Shown one piece after another: positions 1 to 7,690 of a DNA stretch of 50,180 nucleotides; position 1 is the stretch's first letter; each line of letters opens with the position of its first letter. Below the pieces are notes generated by a model. The model was not told the DNA's origin. It saw only the letters and a program-made list of their open reading frames with translations, and ran no database searches. Source of the DNA: a virus (taxonomy: Duplodnaviria > Caudoviricetes); IMG/VR virus record IMGVR_UViG_3300033141_001359, positions 1 through 50,180 of that record; one strand, written 5' to 3'. A program made the translations under genes and the position numbers.

Positions 1-114
1 CGAAGTGTACGATGATGCGCCATCGGTCGTCGAACTTGATGTTGACCAAGCCAAGTTCCGTCAATTGCCTCAGCACCCAGTCACGCCAGATGCAGGCCGC
101 CTCGTGGTGTGTCA
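1..114. repeat. Terminal direct repeat, copy 1 (identical to 50067-50180); circular assembly overlap
   Basis: Exact 114-bp match CGAAGTGTAC...TGGTGTGTCA at both ends; an ORF runs in frame through the join. Confidence 0.97.
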
Positions 115-298
115 GCAGATGCCCCGCATATCCGCGATCCCCGCTTCCGTTGACGCGGTATGTGTACCAAACGCTCCAACCTTGTTTTCGGTCTAAATTC
201 AAGTGAGCCTTTTCTCCCCAGCAGCGCCCATCCCATTCCGGCCATCCGCAGACGGCCACCACCGCTTTAGCATTCTCCGCCCATACGTCCTTATCCAT
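1..298 (-). CDS. Hypothetical protein, 5' part; continues across the circular junction to a stop at 49975 (129 aa in total); paralog of 46943-47236
   Basis: ATG at 298 after GAGGAGGG; MDKDVWAENAKAVVAVCGWPEW...HHEAACIWRDWV; 298+92 nt = 130 codons. Confidence 0.8.
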   Translation of the reverse strand, partial: MDKDVWAENAKAVVAVCGWPEWDGRCWGEKAHLNLDRKQGWSVWYTYRVNGSGDRGYAGHLLTHHEAACIWRDWVLRQLTELGLVNIKFDDRWRIIVHF

Positions 299-379
299 AG
301 CATCCCTCCTCGTCTTGCCGTCGGCAAACAACGCGCTCGCTGGGCCTTCACCCTTCAACCGCTCAATCTCGCATGTCTA

Positions 380-547
380 TCAACGGCGCTCTTCAACCTC
401 ATCTCGGTCGATCACACGACCGTCGGGCCCGGGTTGGTTGATGTAGTAGTGATTCCCGATCACTCGTTCCGTCCGCACAGTGATCCATCGACGCAGACGC
501 CGGTCATATAGATCTCCGGTCTCTTCGTCTCGCAAATAACGCTGCAT
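380..547 (-). CDS. Hypothetical protein
   Basis: MQRYLRDEETGDLYD...; tightly packed with neighbours. Confidence 0.5.
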   Translation of the reverse strand: MQRYLRDEETGDLYDRRLRRWITVRTERVIGNHYYINQPGPDGRVIDRDEVEERR

Positions 548-548
548 C

Positions 549-752
549 TCACCTCTCCTTCTTGAGTTCGGCAAGCTCGGCCTTCAACCGCTCATTCTCG
601 GCCTCAAGCTCCGCGATGCGGCAGGTCAAGGTCTGGTATGGTTCCGGCCCGCGCTTGTACGAGCCGCATTTCCATTCGCCAATCCAAGGACGGCGACGGA
701 TGACGTTGTGAACCGGCGCGCCACACCAGGGACACGTATCGTATTTGCTCAT
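549..752 (-). CDS. Hypothetical protein, CxxC plus C-terminal coiled coil
   Basis: CPWC; IAELEAENERLKAELAEL; GAGGAG RBS. Confidence 0.7.
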   Translation of the reverse strand: MSKYDTCPWCGAPVHNVIRRRPWIGEWKCGSYKRGPEPYQTLTCRIAELEAENERLKAELAELKKER

Positions 753-764
753 GGCCTTCTCCTC

Positions 765-1127
765 TCACTTGCTCTTTTGATCAGGAGCACCGGCTGGTCC
801 CTTAAGTCGAAAGGTATAGTGGGGCGGATGGCACAACATATAATTCAGCCAAGCACGCGCCGTTCTACTCGCGTTGTAACCTGATATGTGACGCGATATG
901 GAGAATCCAAACCACTGCTCCGGCTCTGACGGCCACCGATGTTGCACAAAGAAACTCGCGTGTGCTGTGTGAGGCCCCCACACCCTTGTCTCAATTGTAC
1001 CCCACATAACCGTCTTCCCATATTCTGGGCTACCGGGTTCTATGTTCTTGTGCACATCGGTTGTGTAGAAAGTCGGGGCATTCCGTCCGTAATTCATGCT
1101 CTGTCGAAACCTGAATTTTTTCCTCAT
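765..1127 (-). CDS. Hypothetical protein
   Basis: 120-aa ORF, ATGA overlap with upstream gene. Confidence 0.65.
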   Translation of the reverse strand: MRKKFRFRQSMNYGRNAPTFYTTDVHKNIEPGSPEYGKTVMWGTIETRVWGPHTAHASFFVQHRWPSEPEQWFGFSISRHISGYNASRTARAWLNYMLCHPPHYTFRLKGPAGAPDQKSK

Positions 1128-1315
1128 GGCTCGATTTTCTCCACAAACTCGACGACGCGGGTATGCGCAGACATATGTTCTTCCGCCGCTTCCCTTGTCA
1201 ATTTAGGATAAGCATTGGAGAGTTTATTGCCCCAGGCGTCCCATTGGCGTTTCTTGTAGGGCTTACCGTCCAGTCTGAGAATTTCAACTACGAAAATGCT
1301 CAGCGGTTTACTCAT
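1124..1315 (-). CDS. Hypothetical protein, paralog of 1521-1718
   Basis: Shared KPYK.R.W..WG and RVVEF motifs; ATGA overlaps. Confidence 0.7.
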   Translation of the reverse strand: MSKPLSIFVVEILRLDGKPYKKRQWDAWGNKLSNAYPKLTREAAEEHMSAHTRVVEFVEKIEP

Positions 1316-1524
1316 GGCTTGACCCCCAGTTTTATCATGCCCGCAACCAAGTTCAGTCCGGCAGCAACCGCCTGTGCGCGTTCTGCGAGTGTCAGCTCAT
1401 CAGCAACCTCATCATAGACGATAGCTGCGCGTCCGTTACCTTCGCCGTCTGGCCCCCATATCACAATGCACTCGACGCCAGCATCGTCTTTCATGGGGCC
1501 GTTTTCATCAACCGTGTAACTCAT
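1312..1524 (-). CDS. Hypothetical protein
   Basis: ATGA overlaps on both sides. Confidence 0.65.
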   Translation of the reverse strand: MSYTVDENGPMKDDAGVECIVIWGPDGEGNGRAAIVYDEVADELTLAERAQAVAAGLNLVAGMIKLGVKP

Positions 1525-1718
1525 GGCTTCACCTCTCGAAATTCTACAACACGGTCAGTTGGCCTGCATTCCTCTTCTGCGCATTGCCGGTCTTCATATA
1601 CAATAACGTCCCTGATTTGCCCTCCCCAAGAGGCCCATCGCCGTCTCTTGTACGGCTTCCTCCTCGAATTGAGCACCTCGTGTATATAGATCGTTTTTGG
1701 CGCATCACTTTTGCTCAT
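1521..1718 (-). CDS. Hypothetical protein, paralog of 1124-1315
   Basis: MSKSDAPKTIYIHEVL...KPYKRRRWASWG...RVVEF. Confidence 0.7.
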   Translation of the reverse strand: MSKSDAPKTIYIHEVLNSRRKPYKRRRWASWGGQIRDVIVYEDRQCAEEECRPTDRVVEFREVKP

Positions 1719-1930
1719 GGCTTCCCCTCCAGAATCTTCCACGCCAATGTCTTGATATAGATGAGTGCTGACCGCGACCACCGTTCCATGATTGCCTTGT
1801 TCACCACTCCCCAGTCAGTCATCTCATCGCTTCGTATCGCTTTCGGCTCGGCAATCTCGTCAAGCAGCGTTTGTGTCGTACCTTCAAGCTCAAATGTCAT
1901 GTGTGTCGTACCTTCAAACGCAAATGTCAT
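1715..1930 (-). CDS. Hypothetical protein with duplicated first 10 codons
   Basis: MTFAFEGTTH/MTFELEGTTQ; ATGA overlaps. Confidence 0.6.
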   Translation of the reverse strand: MTFAFEGTTHMTFELEGTTQTLLDEIAEPKAIRSDEMTDWGVVNKAIMERWSRSALIYIKTLAWKILEGKP

Positions 1931-2103
1931 GGCTTGACCCTCCGTATAGCCCTGCGGCTCGTCGTTACACGCTCGCCGGTGTCCAAGAACTCTAAGAGCA
2001 CAGTATCCATTTTGCCAATCTTGAGCACGCGACATGTGCGCCCCTTGAGCTTCTTGCGCACGGGGTTGTTAGCCCAATGGTAGGTGTAAAGGTTTTCTTT
2101 CAT
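1927..2103 (-). CDS. Small basic hypothetical protein
   Basis: MKENLYTYHWANNPVRKKLKGRTCRVL...; ATGA overlaps. Confidence 0.65.
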   Translation of the reverse strand: MKENLYTYHWANNPVRKKLKGRTCRVLKIGKMDTVLLEFLDTGERVTTSRRAIRRVKP

Positions 2104-2609
2104 ATTGAGTTGCACCGCAAGGTATGAAAAAGAGGCAATTCTAACTGTTTCCGAAAGACTATGATTTTGCGTCCAGATTGTGCTATGGCTGATTCCCCCT
2201 TCCCGGCTAACCAGATACCAACGTTTTCACCCACTACATCAAAACCGAGCGCCTTCCAAAAGCCTACCGACTCCAAGTCCGCAGCACAGCGACATCCAAG
2301 CTGCGTCACAGAACGCCGCAAACCGTCTTGGCGAATAGCATCTACCAATAACCGACCCCGCTCTAGCAAGCGGGCATCGCGCTGAATGGCTATCTGTTGA
2401 ATCTTACTGCATCCGCCGCCATGCGTGGCGTATATAAATCCCACTCGGTCGTCGTTCTCCACCGCAACGAACAGTGAACCGAGACGCTCTCTGCGTATTT
2501 CCATTTCGTATCGCTGTTTAGGGATAAATCCGACAGCATGACCTTCCTTTTTTCGTAGGTCATCAATATAGGCAATATCGGCAAGTGTAGCTCGCTCAAT
2601 CCGTGTCAT
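2100..2609 (-). CDS. GNAT-family acetyltransferase
   Basis: IERATLADI...VGFIYA...IQQIAIQRDARLLERGRLLV...SVGFWKALGF (GNAT motif A/B pattern). Confidence 0.75.
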   Translation of the reverse strand: MTRIERATLADIAYIDDLRKKEGHAVGFIPKQRYEMEIRRERLGSLFVAVENDDRVGFIYATHGGGCSKIQQIAIQRDARLLERGRLLVDAIRQDGLRRSVTQLGCRCAADLESVGFWKALGFDVVGENVGIWLAGKGESAIAQSGRKIIVFRKQLELPLFHTLRCNSI

Positions 2610-2830
2610 ACCGGCCACCATGTTAGAACCATGCGTCCTGAGATGCGGCATTTGCGCTTGTCGCCGTTTTCAACGACGCCCGCCGTCCGAAGCTCCGAGC
2701 CGCGCCGCATGATGGCATAGTAGTCTGTAATGGCGTATCCATTGAGAGCGCCCAATGCCGCAAGCTCATGTCCTGTAGCCCCAGGCCACTGCCGAATCAT
2801 CCAGAGTACCCGTGTCTGCTGGTCGCTCAT
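2606..2830 (-). CDS. Putative winged-helix DNA-binding protein
   Basis: VLWMIRQWPGATGHELA...RRGSELRTAGVV...RKCRISGR. Confidence 0.6.
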   Translation of the reverse strand: MSDQQTRVLWMIRQWPGATGHELAALGALNGYAITDYYAIMRRGSELRTAGVVENGDKRKCRISGRMVLTWWPV

Positions 2831-3168
2831 TCCGCAAAATCCTCAACGGCCCGCCTCATGGCGCGGCACACAACCGGTGGCGCGTCCGTGTGCAATTTCC
2901 GCAGATGCCCCGCCGTTGACCAGTTCGACGTAAGCCGATATTCCCACACGTTCTTCCTACGCCGACATTCAATCCGATAGCCATTGACGGGGTGACGTAA
3001 CTCCGCGATGCACGAATTGACCGCACAGATTCCCGCAGTCAGTATGAAGTCCAGCGTGCTATGCCACTGATAATCTTTCAGCACTTGCAACGTCCGCTGG
3101 AGTCGCGGTGAATTCTCGATCCTCGCAGCGTGAATCTTGCCTACATCAGGACTTTGTGGCTGTGTCAT
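2827..3168 (-). CDS. Putative winged-helix protein
   Basis: SPRLQRTLQVLKDYQWHSTLD...AVNSCIAELR...GYRIEC. Confidence 0.55.
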   Translation of the reverse strand: MTQPQSPDVGKIHAARIENSPRLQRTLQVLKDYQWHSTLDFILTAGICAVNSCIAELRHPVNGYRIECRRRKNVWEYRLTSNWSTAGHLRKLHTDAPPVVCRAMRRAVEDFAE

Positions 3169-3177
3169 CTTGCCCTC

Positions 3178-3408
3178 TCAATCCTGCTTTTTAGCCAGAA
3201 GCGCATCCAATTCCTTCGCAATCGCTGAGTCTGAAAGATAAATTTCCACAACTTCCAAAAGCCCTGCCAGGTTTTCCTTTCCAGCCAGCCATCCGCGTAG
3301 CCAATCAAGATAAAGCAAACCCTCGTCTGTCTCGGCAATCTCATCAAGACGTTGCCGGGAATACTTGCCAAACGGCATCGTAAATTCACTGGCTGTTTTC
3401 CAATCCAT
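3178..3408 (-). CDS. Small MPFGKY-motif protein (DUF3820/ExoX C-terminal-like)
   Basis: FTMPFGKYSRQRLDEI...YLDWL; GGAGGAG RBS. Confidence 0.7.
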   Translation of the reverse strand: MDWKTASEFTMPFGKYSRQRLDEIAETDEGLLYLDWLRGWLAGKENLAGLLEVVEIYLSDSAIAKELDALLAKKQD

Positions 3409-3427
3409 CACATTCTCCTCCAAATTC

Positions 3428-3506
3428 TGCGCGGCTGGCCGGACTCCCAACCGGCGGACGTTCTGACTTTTTAGTGGATTGCTCCAGCTAACGCCGCAGC
3501 CGCGCA
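3428..3506 (-). ncRNA. tRNA-like element E1
   Basis: Minus strand UGC-GCGGCUG...GCCGG-UUGGGAGU-CCGGC-CAGCCGC-GCA. Confidence 0.6.
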
Positions 3507-3509
3507 TTA

Positions 3510-3662
3510 TTACTTACACATCTCCTTCATCCCTGCGTCAGTCCATTCGTGAGCGACGGGGTTCCAATACCCCTCAGCAACCATACGTTGCCAATACTGT
3601 TCGCACTGGTCACATGGCTCGTTTGGGTCGCAGGGTTGCCCACAATCATCAATATTCTCCAT
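3510..3662 (-). CDS. 50-aa Cys-rich protein between E2 and E1 (below the ORF-track cutoff)
   Basis: MENIDDCGQPCDPNEPCDQCEQYWQRMVAEGYWNPVAHEWTDAGMKEMCK*; stop 3 nt before E1. Confidence 0.6.
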   Translation of the reverse strand: MENIDDCGQPCDPNEPCDQCEQYWQRMVAEGYWNPVAHEWTDAGMKEMCK

Positions 3663-3681
3663 CCTGGTTCCCTGTCAATTC

Positions 3682-3822
3682 TGCGCGGCTGGCCGAGATT
3701 ATGGCCAGGGGCTTCGGCTATCTTGCAGGATAAGTGCGAGACGTAAGCGAATGTGCTTGCGTGCATCGCTCCCACAAGTAGCCGCCTCGGAACGCCCGCG
3801 TGAGTCTTTCCGCAGCCGCGCA
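3682..3822 (-). ncRNA. tRNA-like element E2
   Basis: Same 10-bp terminal stem; T-arm-like GCCGA...UCGGC. Confidence 0.55.
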
Positions 3823-3824
3823 TT

Positions 3825-4013
3825 TCAATCAACGTTCTTCCCTCTGCGACATTCCTCGCAATGTAGCAAATGAAACATTCGCGCAATCCTTGCCGTGATG
3901 CGGTACTGTGCCTTGTCAAGTGTTGCTCGCCATTCATGCTTGCGTACAATACCCCACTGGCCTCCGAGCTTTCGATAGAACAAACCATCAAGCCATTTCC
4001 AAAGCAAATTCAT
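3825..4013 (-). CDS. Hypothetical protein
   Basis: MNLLWKWLDG...CEECRRGKNVD; bounded by E3 and E2. Confidence 0.6.
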   Translation of the reverse strand: MNLLWKWLDGLFYRKLGGQWGIVRKHEWRATLDKAQYRITARIARMFHLLHCEECRRGKNVD

Positions 4014-4033
4014 GGCGTGCACTCTTCCAATTC

Positions 4034-4121
4034 TGCGCGGCTGGCCGGATTTCCCGATATTCACGAGCGCTTCGGGCCGTGCCCGGCAGCCAGTACACTC
4101 GGCTCACGCCGCAGCCGCGCA
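4034..4121 (-). ncRNA. tRNA-like element E3
   Basis: Same terminal stem; UCGG-GAAAU-CCGGC before CAGCCGCGCA. Confidence 0.55.
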
Positions 4122-4124
4122 TTT

Positions 4125-5255
4125 CTATTCCTTCTCAGGTTCAAGCCCAGTACGACTCCAAATTGCACCGTTGCACCACTCCCCATTTACTTGGTTGGTG
4201 CAGTAGTATGGAGGTCGTGCCTTCTTTTCACGCTTCCCCGCTTCGTAGTCGAACTTTTCCTGTGTGCTCTCGACTACACGCTGACGCATCTGCTGCCCAC
4301 ACTCAGGGCAAGTTGGCGGCTCCGCCATCTTCTCAAGCCAAGAGTGCAGCCGCTCCGCCTGTGCTCGCGTCAGATGCTTGTCTGGTACACAGCCCACCCC
4401 CTGTTTCAGCAGCAGGAAGTCTGGGCTGGACAACCCAATTGCCCGAATCAACGCCGCCATCTTTTCCTTCTGCTCAGGTGTGATTTCCTCTTCGCCCGCC
4501 GCTTCTGCATCTGCGGCCTGTGCTTCGCCATTGAGTACGCCGTCATCCAACGGTTCGACCTCGTGATACCCAGGCGGTGGCTCGTCCTTGTCGAATGCGT
4601 TGGCAAGCTCATCCTGGAGTTCCGCCCCTTCCGCCTTCACTGCTTTGCGTTCCTCCTGCTGCACTATCGCCTTGCTGTCGAGCACAATGTCATCCCCCTG
4701 AACCCTCACAGGCAATTGCATTTCTTCATGTGTGTAAAGACCCGCCAGTGCATCAGGAATGAGCACACGCAGTATCTTGGCCGTGCATCGCCATAGCAAC
4801 ATGACCGCGGGTTGGCTCTTGTATTGCCTGCCCTTGCCGGGTGCTTTGGGTGTCGGTTTTGTCACCCCAAGCTGATGTGCGTCGGCCATTGTGAATGACA
4901 TCTCAAGCGGGCGTGGTGTGCCGACCCGTTGGGCACGAATAACGCACTTGTCGTTCGTCATCTCAAGTATCTCGAATGATTGGAGCCGTCCGCTTTTCCA
5001 TGCAAGCGCGAGCATTGTCTTGCTATCACACGTCACTTTCCCGTGCACAACGTACAGCGATGAGAGAGCTTCCATTGCAGGCATCCCAAGCTCGCGTCCC
5101 CGTTGCACAATCACTACCGCAGTGGCGGGGGTCTTGATGTGCGCGGGCAATAGCCCGCTGTCTATCCAGACTTTCGCTCGCTTCAATTCTTGCTCAACGG
5201 GTTCAAGCGCAAGCGGTACATCCTCGCGTATCGCTACTTCCTTGCTTTCGCTCAT
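4125..5255 (-). CDS. RecT/Redbeta-like single-strand annealing protein
   Basis: SGLLP...GRELGMPAMEALSSLYVVHGK...P..ML..R...ALAGLYTHEEM; acidic linker; C-terminal Zn ribbon; near a Gp157-family gene. Confidence 0.75.
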   Translation of the reverse strand: MSESKEVAIREDVPLALEPVEQELKRAKVWIDSGLLPAHIKTPATAVVIVQRGRELGMPAMEALSSLYVVHGKVTCDSKTMLALAWKSGRLQSFEILEMTNDKCVIRAQRVGTPRPLEMSFTMADAHQLGVTKPTPKAPGKGRQYKSQPAVMLLWRCTAKILRVLIPDALAGLYTHEEMQLPVRVQGDDIVLDSKAIVQQEERKAVKAEGAELQDELANAFDKDEPPPGYHEVEPLDDGVLNGEAQAADAEAAGEEEITPEQKEKMAALIRAIGLSSPDFLLLKQGVGCVPDKHLTRAQAERLHSWLEKMAEPPTCPECGQQMRQRVVESTQEKFDYEAGKREKKARPPYYCTNQVNGEWCNGAIWSRTGLEPEKE

Positions 5256-5473
5256 GGTTTCTCCTTCACGAACTCCAATGAGCACTGAACTTCACGCCGT
5301 TCTCCAAGTGCCATTTTCTTAGCTTCGGCTTCTATGCGCTCGCCGAAGAGGTCATGGATGCAATCAGAGTATAGTCGTGCTAGCTCACAATACTTACCAG
5401 GGCCGTAACCCTCTGGAGTGCAGACCGAAAACCACCTACCGTCATTTGCATCACGAATCAGGTAGTATTTCAT
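5252..5473 (-). CDS. Hypothetical protein
   Basis: ATGA overlaps on both sides. Confidence 0.6.
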   Translation of the reverse strand: MKYYLIRDANDGRWFSVCTPEGYGPGKYCELARLYSDCIHDLFGERIEAEAKKMALGERREVQCSLEFVKEKP

Positions 5474-5715
5474 GACATCTCCTTTTCGTTCTGTGCAGCT
5501 TCAAGCTGCCGAATTCTTTCTTGTAACTGTTCATAGGTTGGACGCAGTGCTCGTTCCACGGCCTTCTTTGAGGCCGCTGCCATTTCCTGATGCCGTGCTT
5601 TCCTAGCCTCTTCACGTGTTTTGCCCGTCGCTAAGTCATAGGCGCAGGGATAGCACAAAGTCTTGTTCACAGTGGCAATACCACATACTTCACATTCTAA
5701 AACCTTTACCATCAC
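5470..5715 (-). CDS. Hypothetical protein, CxxC...CxxC plus coiled coil
   Basis: CEVC, CYPC; GGAGG RBS directly after E4. Confidence 0.65.
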   Translation of the reverse strand: MMVKVLECEVCGIATVNKTLCYPCAYDLATGKTREEARKARHQEMAAASKKAVERALRPTYEQLQERIRQLEAAQNEKEMS

Positions 5716-5728
5716 ATCCTCCCAATTC

Positions 5729-5832
5729 TGCGCGGCTGGCCGGATTCCCTAACATCCCGGCCCAGGGGCTTCAAGACCCCTACGCTGGCACTCCCCACGT
5801 GCCATCGCTCACCGCCACACCACAGCCGCGCA
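5729..5832 (-). ncRNA. tRNA-like element E4 (most cloverleaf-like)
   Basis: GCGGCUG/CAGCCGC; UGGCAC-GUGGGGA-GUGCCA arm with 7-nt loop; AGGGG...CCCCU arm; GCCGG...CCGGC arm. Confidence 0.6.
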
Positions 5833-5876
5833 TTTCAATCAACATTCTTCCCTCTGCGCTTATACGCTCTCATTTC

Positions 5877-5964
5877 TGCGCGGCTGCTTGGTTCTTCGCA
5901 CGGGGTGCGACCCCGCTCTTGTCCGAAGCCCTTATGCGATCCCCGCAGCCAAGCGAGCCGCGCA
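5877..5964 (-). ncRNA. Divergent element E5 (same outer stem, no T-arm)
   Basis: UGCGCGGCU-c-GCUUGG...CCAAGC-AGCCGCGCA. Confidence 0.5.
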
Positions 5965-5988
5965 TTATTTCCTCAGCTTGTCAATCGG

Positions 5989-6477
5989 CTACCGAATCCG
6001 TACATGCTCACTGGCAACGAGCACGGCGCCGGGGACGTGTTCGCCGTTCTTGAGCGCATCGCGCACCCGTGCTTTATCAATCGTGGGTGCGGGCTGATGC
6101 CAATATTCTCGAGGCACAAGCCCTTCGTCATTGATACTCACGCTCGCCGGAGACTTCTGCACGGCCACGCTCAGAACCTTCCCCTTGATCTTCGTAACGC
6201 CCGCTACCCGCATGTTATCGAGCAAGTATAGTTTGAGGCGGGCACTTGTATTTTTCCGCGTTCGCGCCTTCCGTGCAAGCCGTTCCGCTTCCGCCCTGAA
6301 GACCTCAGCTTCACCTTCTATGTTGCGGATATACTTGGCAACGTTCTCAGCCTTGGCTTCAAACTTGCCTTCAAGGCGCTGCAAGGCGGTGACCTGCTCT
6401 TCCGTCATCTCGCCCGTCTCAACGTCCACATCCTCTAGTATCGCCAGCATTTCCTCGCTAATTTCGTAGAGCTTCAT
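5989..6477 (-). CDS. Siphovirus Gp157-family protein
   Basis: MKLYEISEE...KAENVAKYIRNIE...AERLARK...LKLYL...IDKARVRDALKNGEHVPGAVL. Confidence 0.9.
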   Translation of the reverse strand: MKLYEISEEMLAILEDVDVETGEMTEEQVTALQRLEGKFEAKAENVAKYIRNIEGEAEVFRAEAERLARKARTRKNTSARLKLYLLDNMRVAGVTKIKGKVLSVAVQKSPASVSINDEGLVPREYWHQPAPTIDKARVRDALKNGEHVPGAVLVASEHVRIR

Positions 6478-6721
6478 GAACTTTCTCCTTGTTTGCCGCC
6501 GCGAATGCCTTCCGCAACGGCCCATCCGGTAGTTCCTTCCAGTTGCCATCTGCCCCTTGAGATAGCTTCTTTACCACTTCGGTGCACTTATTATGCGCGA
6601 ATAGCGTTGCCTCAAAGCCATCCAAGCTGAAACTCTGCACCTTTTTGCCCAGCAGAATCTCGGCCATAAACGAGTTTCCACATACCGCACATTGGCCCGT
6701 GTTGCCCCCGGGTCCTGGCAT
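6458..6721 (-). CDS. Hypothetical protein
   Basis: CAVCG...HNKC...LPDGPLRKAF. Confidence 0.6.
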   Translation of the reverse strand: MPGPGGNTGQCAVCGNSFMAEILLGKKVQSFSLDGFEATLFAHNKCTEVVKKLSQGADGNWKELPDGPLRKAFAAANKEKVHEALRN

Positions 6722-6735
6722 ACCCTGTGGATTAT

Positions 6736-7044
6736 TTATTTTGCGCCCTCCAAATGCTGCTCCTTAAACGGCTCTGGTGCGAGGTACTTGTCTTGCCAAC
6801 GCAATGTGGCGTAATTCTTGCGGCATGTTGGACAATTATGCCCGACAACGACAACATCCGCGTCATCATACATGCCTCCCAAGCCGTCCCCAAGCTGCTG
6901 GCCGCAGCGGCCACAATGGTAATAGCCAAAGCACACTGTCTGGATGCGGCTATGCCCGATAAGTGAGCACACCACTTGGCGCTTGGTCGCCCCATCCATC
7001 TTGCCCAACGCCCTAAGCTTGGTCATAAGTTCCTGTTTCGTCAT
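6736..7044 (-). CDS. Hypothetical Cys-rich protein
   Basis: CSLIGH, CGRCG, HNCPTC. Confidence 0.7.
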   Translation of the reverse strand: MTKQELMTKLRALGKMDGATKRQVVCSLIGHSRIQTVCFGYYHCGRCGQQLGDGLGGMYDDADVVVVGHNCPTCRKNYATLRWQDKYLAPEPFKEQHLEGAK

Positions 7045-7166
7045 CTTCCTTCATCCCTTTCTCCAGAGCGCGTTGGTATGACGCACCGACGTGCTCAATT
7101 TCGTTGAGCGGGCGTTCAGGCTCGCCGATTTCCTCACCGTCGTAGCCCGTCATCACGTCTCCAATG

Positions 7167-7244
7167 TGCGCGGCTGGCCGGAATTGCAGGAGCCGCCAGC
7201 ATTGGCGTCCGGTCGCCGCTGGTATGGACTGCCGCAGCCGCGCA
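7167..7244 (-). ncRNA. tRNA-like element E6
   Basis: Same terminal stem; CCGGA...UCCGG arm with inserted hairpin. Confidence 0.55.
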
Positions 7245-7247
7245 TCT

Positions 7248-7538
7248 TCACTGCCTTATCAGGAGCGTAGCAATCGGGGCCAGCCACCTGTGAATCCCTA
7301 TACCGGTGATAATTAGTCCTGCAACGCAACCCAAGCAGCAGCTAATATACACGAATATACGGATGTCAGAGTTCCACTTGTACCGCCGCCCGATGCGGCT
7401 CACGAATGGGAGCATCGCCAGCGATATGATGAACACGCCTGCGCCGACGGCGACCGTAAATATCGCGCCGGTGATTACCTGTGCGACGGCCTCACGCCCA
7501 ATGGCGGAAAGGCGTTTAGCAATTTCTACTTGTTCCAT
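7248..7538 (-). CDS. Membrane protein (2 TM segments)
   Basis: Two hydrophobic stretches; AGGAGG RBS after E7. Confidence 0.7.
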   Translation of the reverse strand: MEQVEIAKRLSAIGREAVAQVITGAIFTVAVGAGVFIISLAMLPFVSRIGRRYKWNSDIRIFVYISCCLGCVAGLIITGIGIHRWLAPIATLLIRQ

Positions 7539-7557
7539 CACACATCCTCCTTTTAAA

Positions 7558-7669
7558 CCGTGGCGGCTGGCCGATTCACATATCGGCAGCCAGGCTCGGT
7601 ATCCTCCTTCTGGCCGAATCTTGGCGGGCGGTGCACACGAGAGACCCACCAAGCCGCAGCCGCACACGG
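7558..7669 (-). ncRNA. tRNA-like element E7
   Basis: GCGGCUG...GCCGAU-AUGUGA-AUCGGC-CAGCCGC. Confidence 0.55.
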
Positions 7670-7690
7670 TTCAGTACTTTGTGACATTTC

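Noticed and set aside
1-114. 114-bp terminal repeat as physical genome ends
   Set aside because: It falls mid-ORF and the ORF is seamless when the ends are merged; an assembler circular overlap is more likely. Read-end data would be needed to decide.
3870-4796. Long plus-strand ORFs (this one, 12915-13739, 18213-18992, 20565-21233, 33664-34497, 49194-50009 and others)
   Set aside because: Shadow ORFs opposite clear genes in GC-rich DNA, with no recognisable motifs, RBS or promoter, unlike the two intein-nested ORFs.
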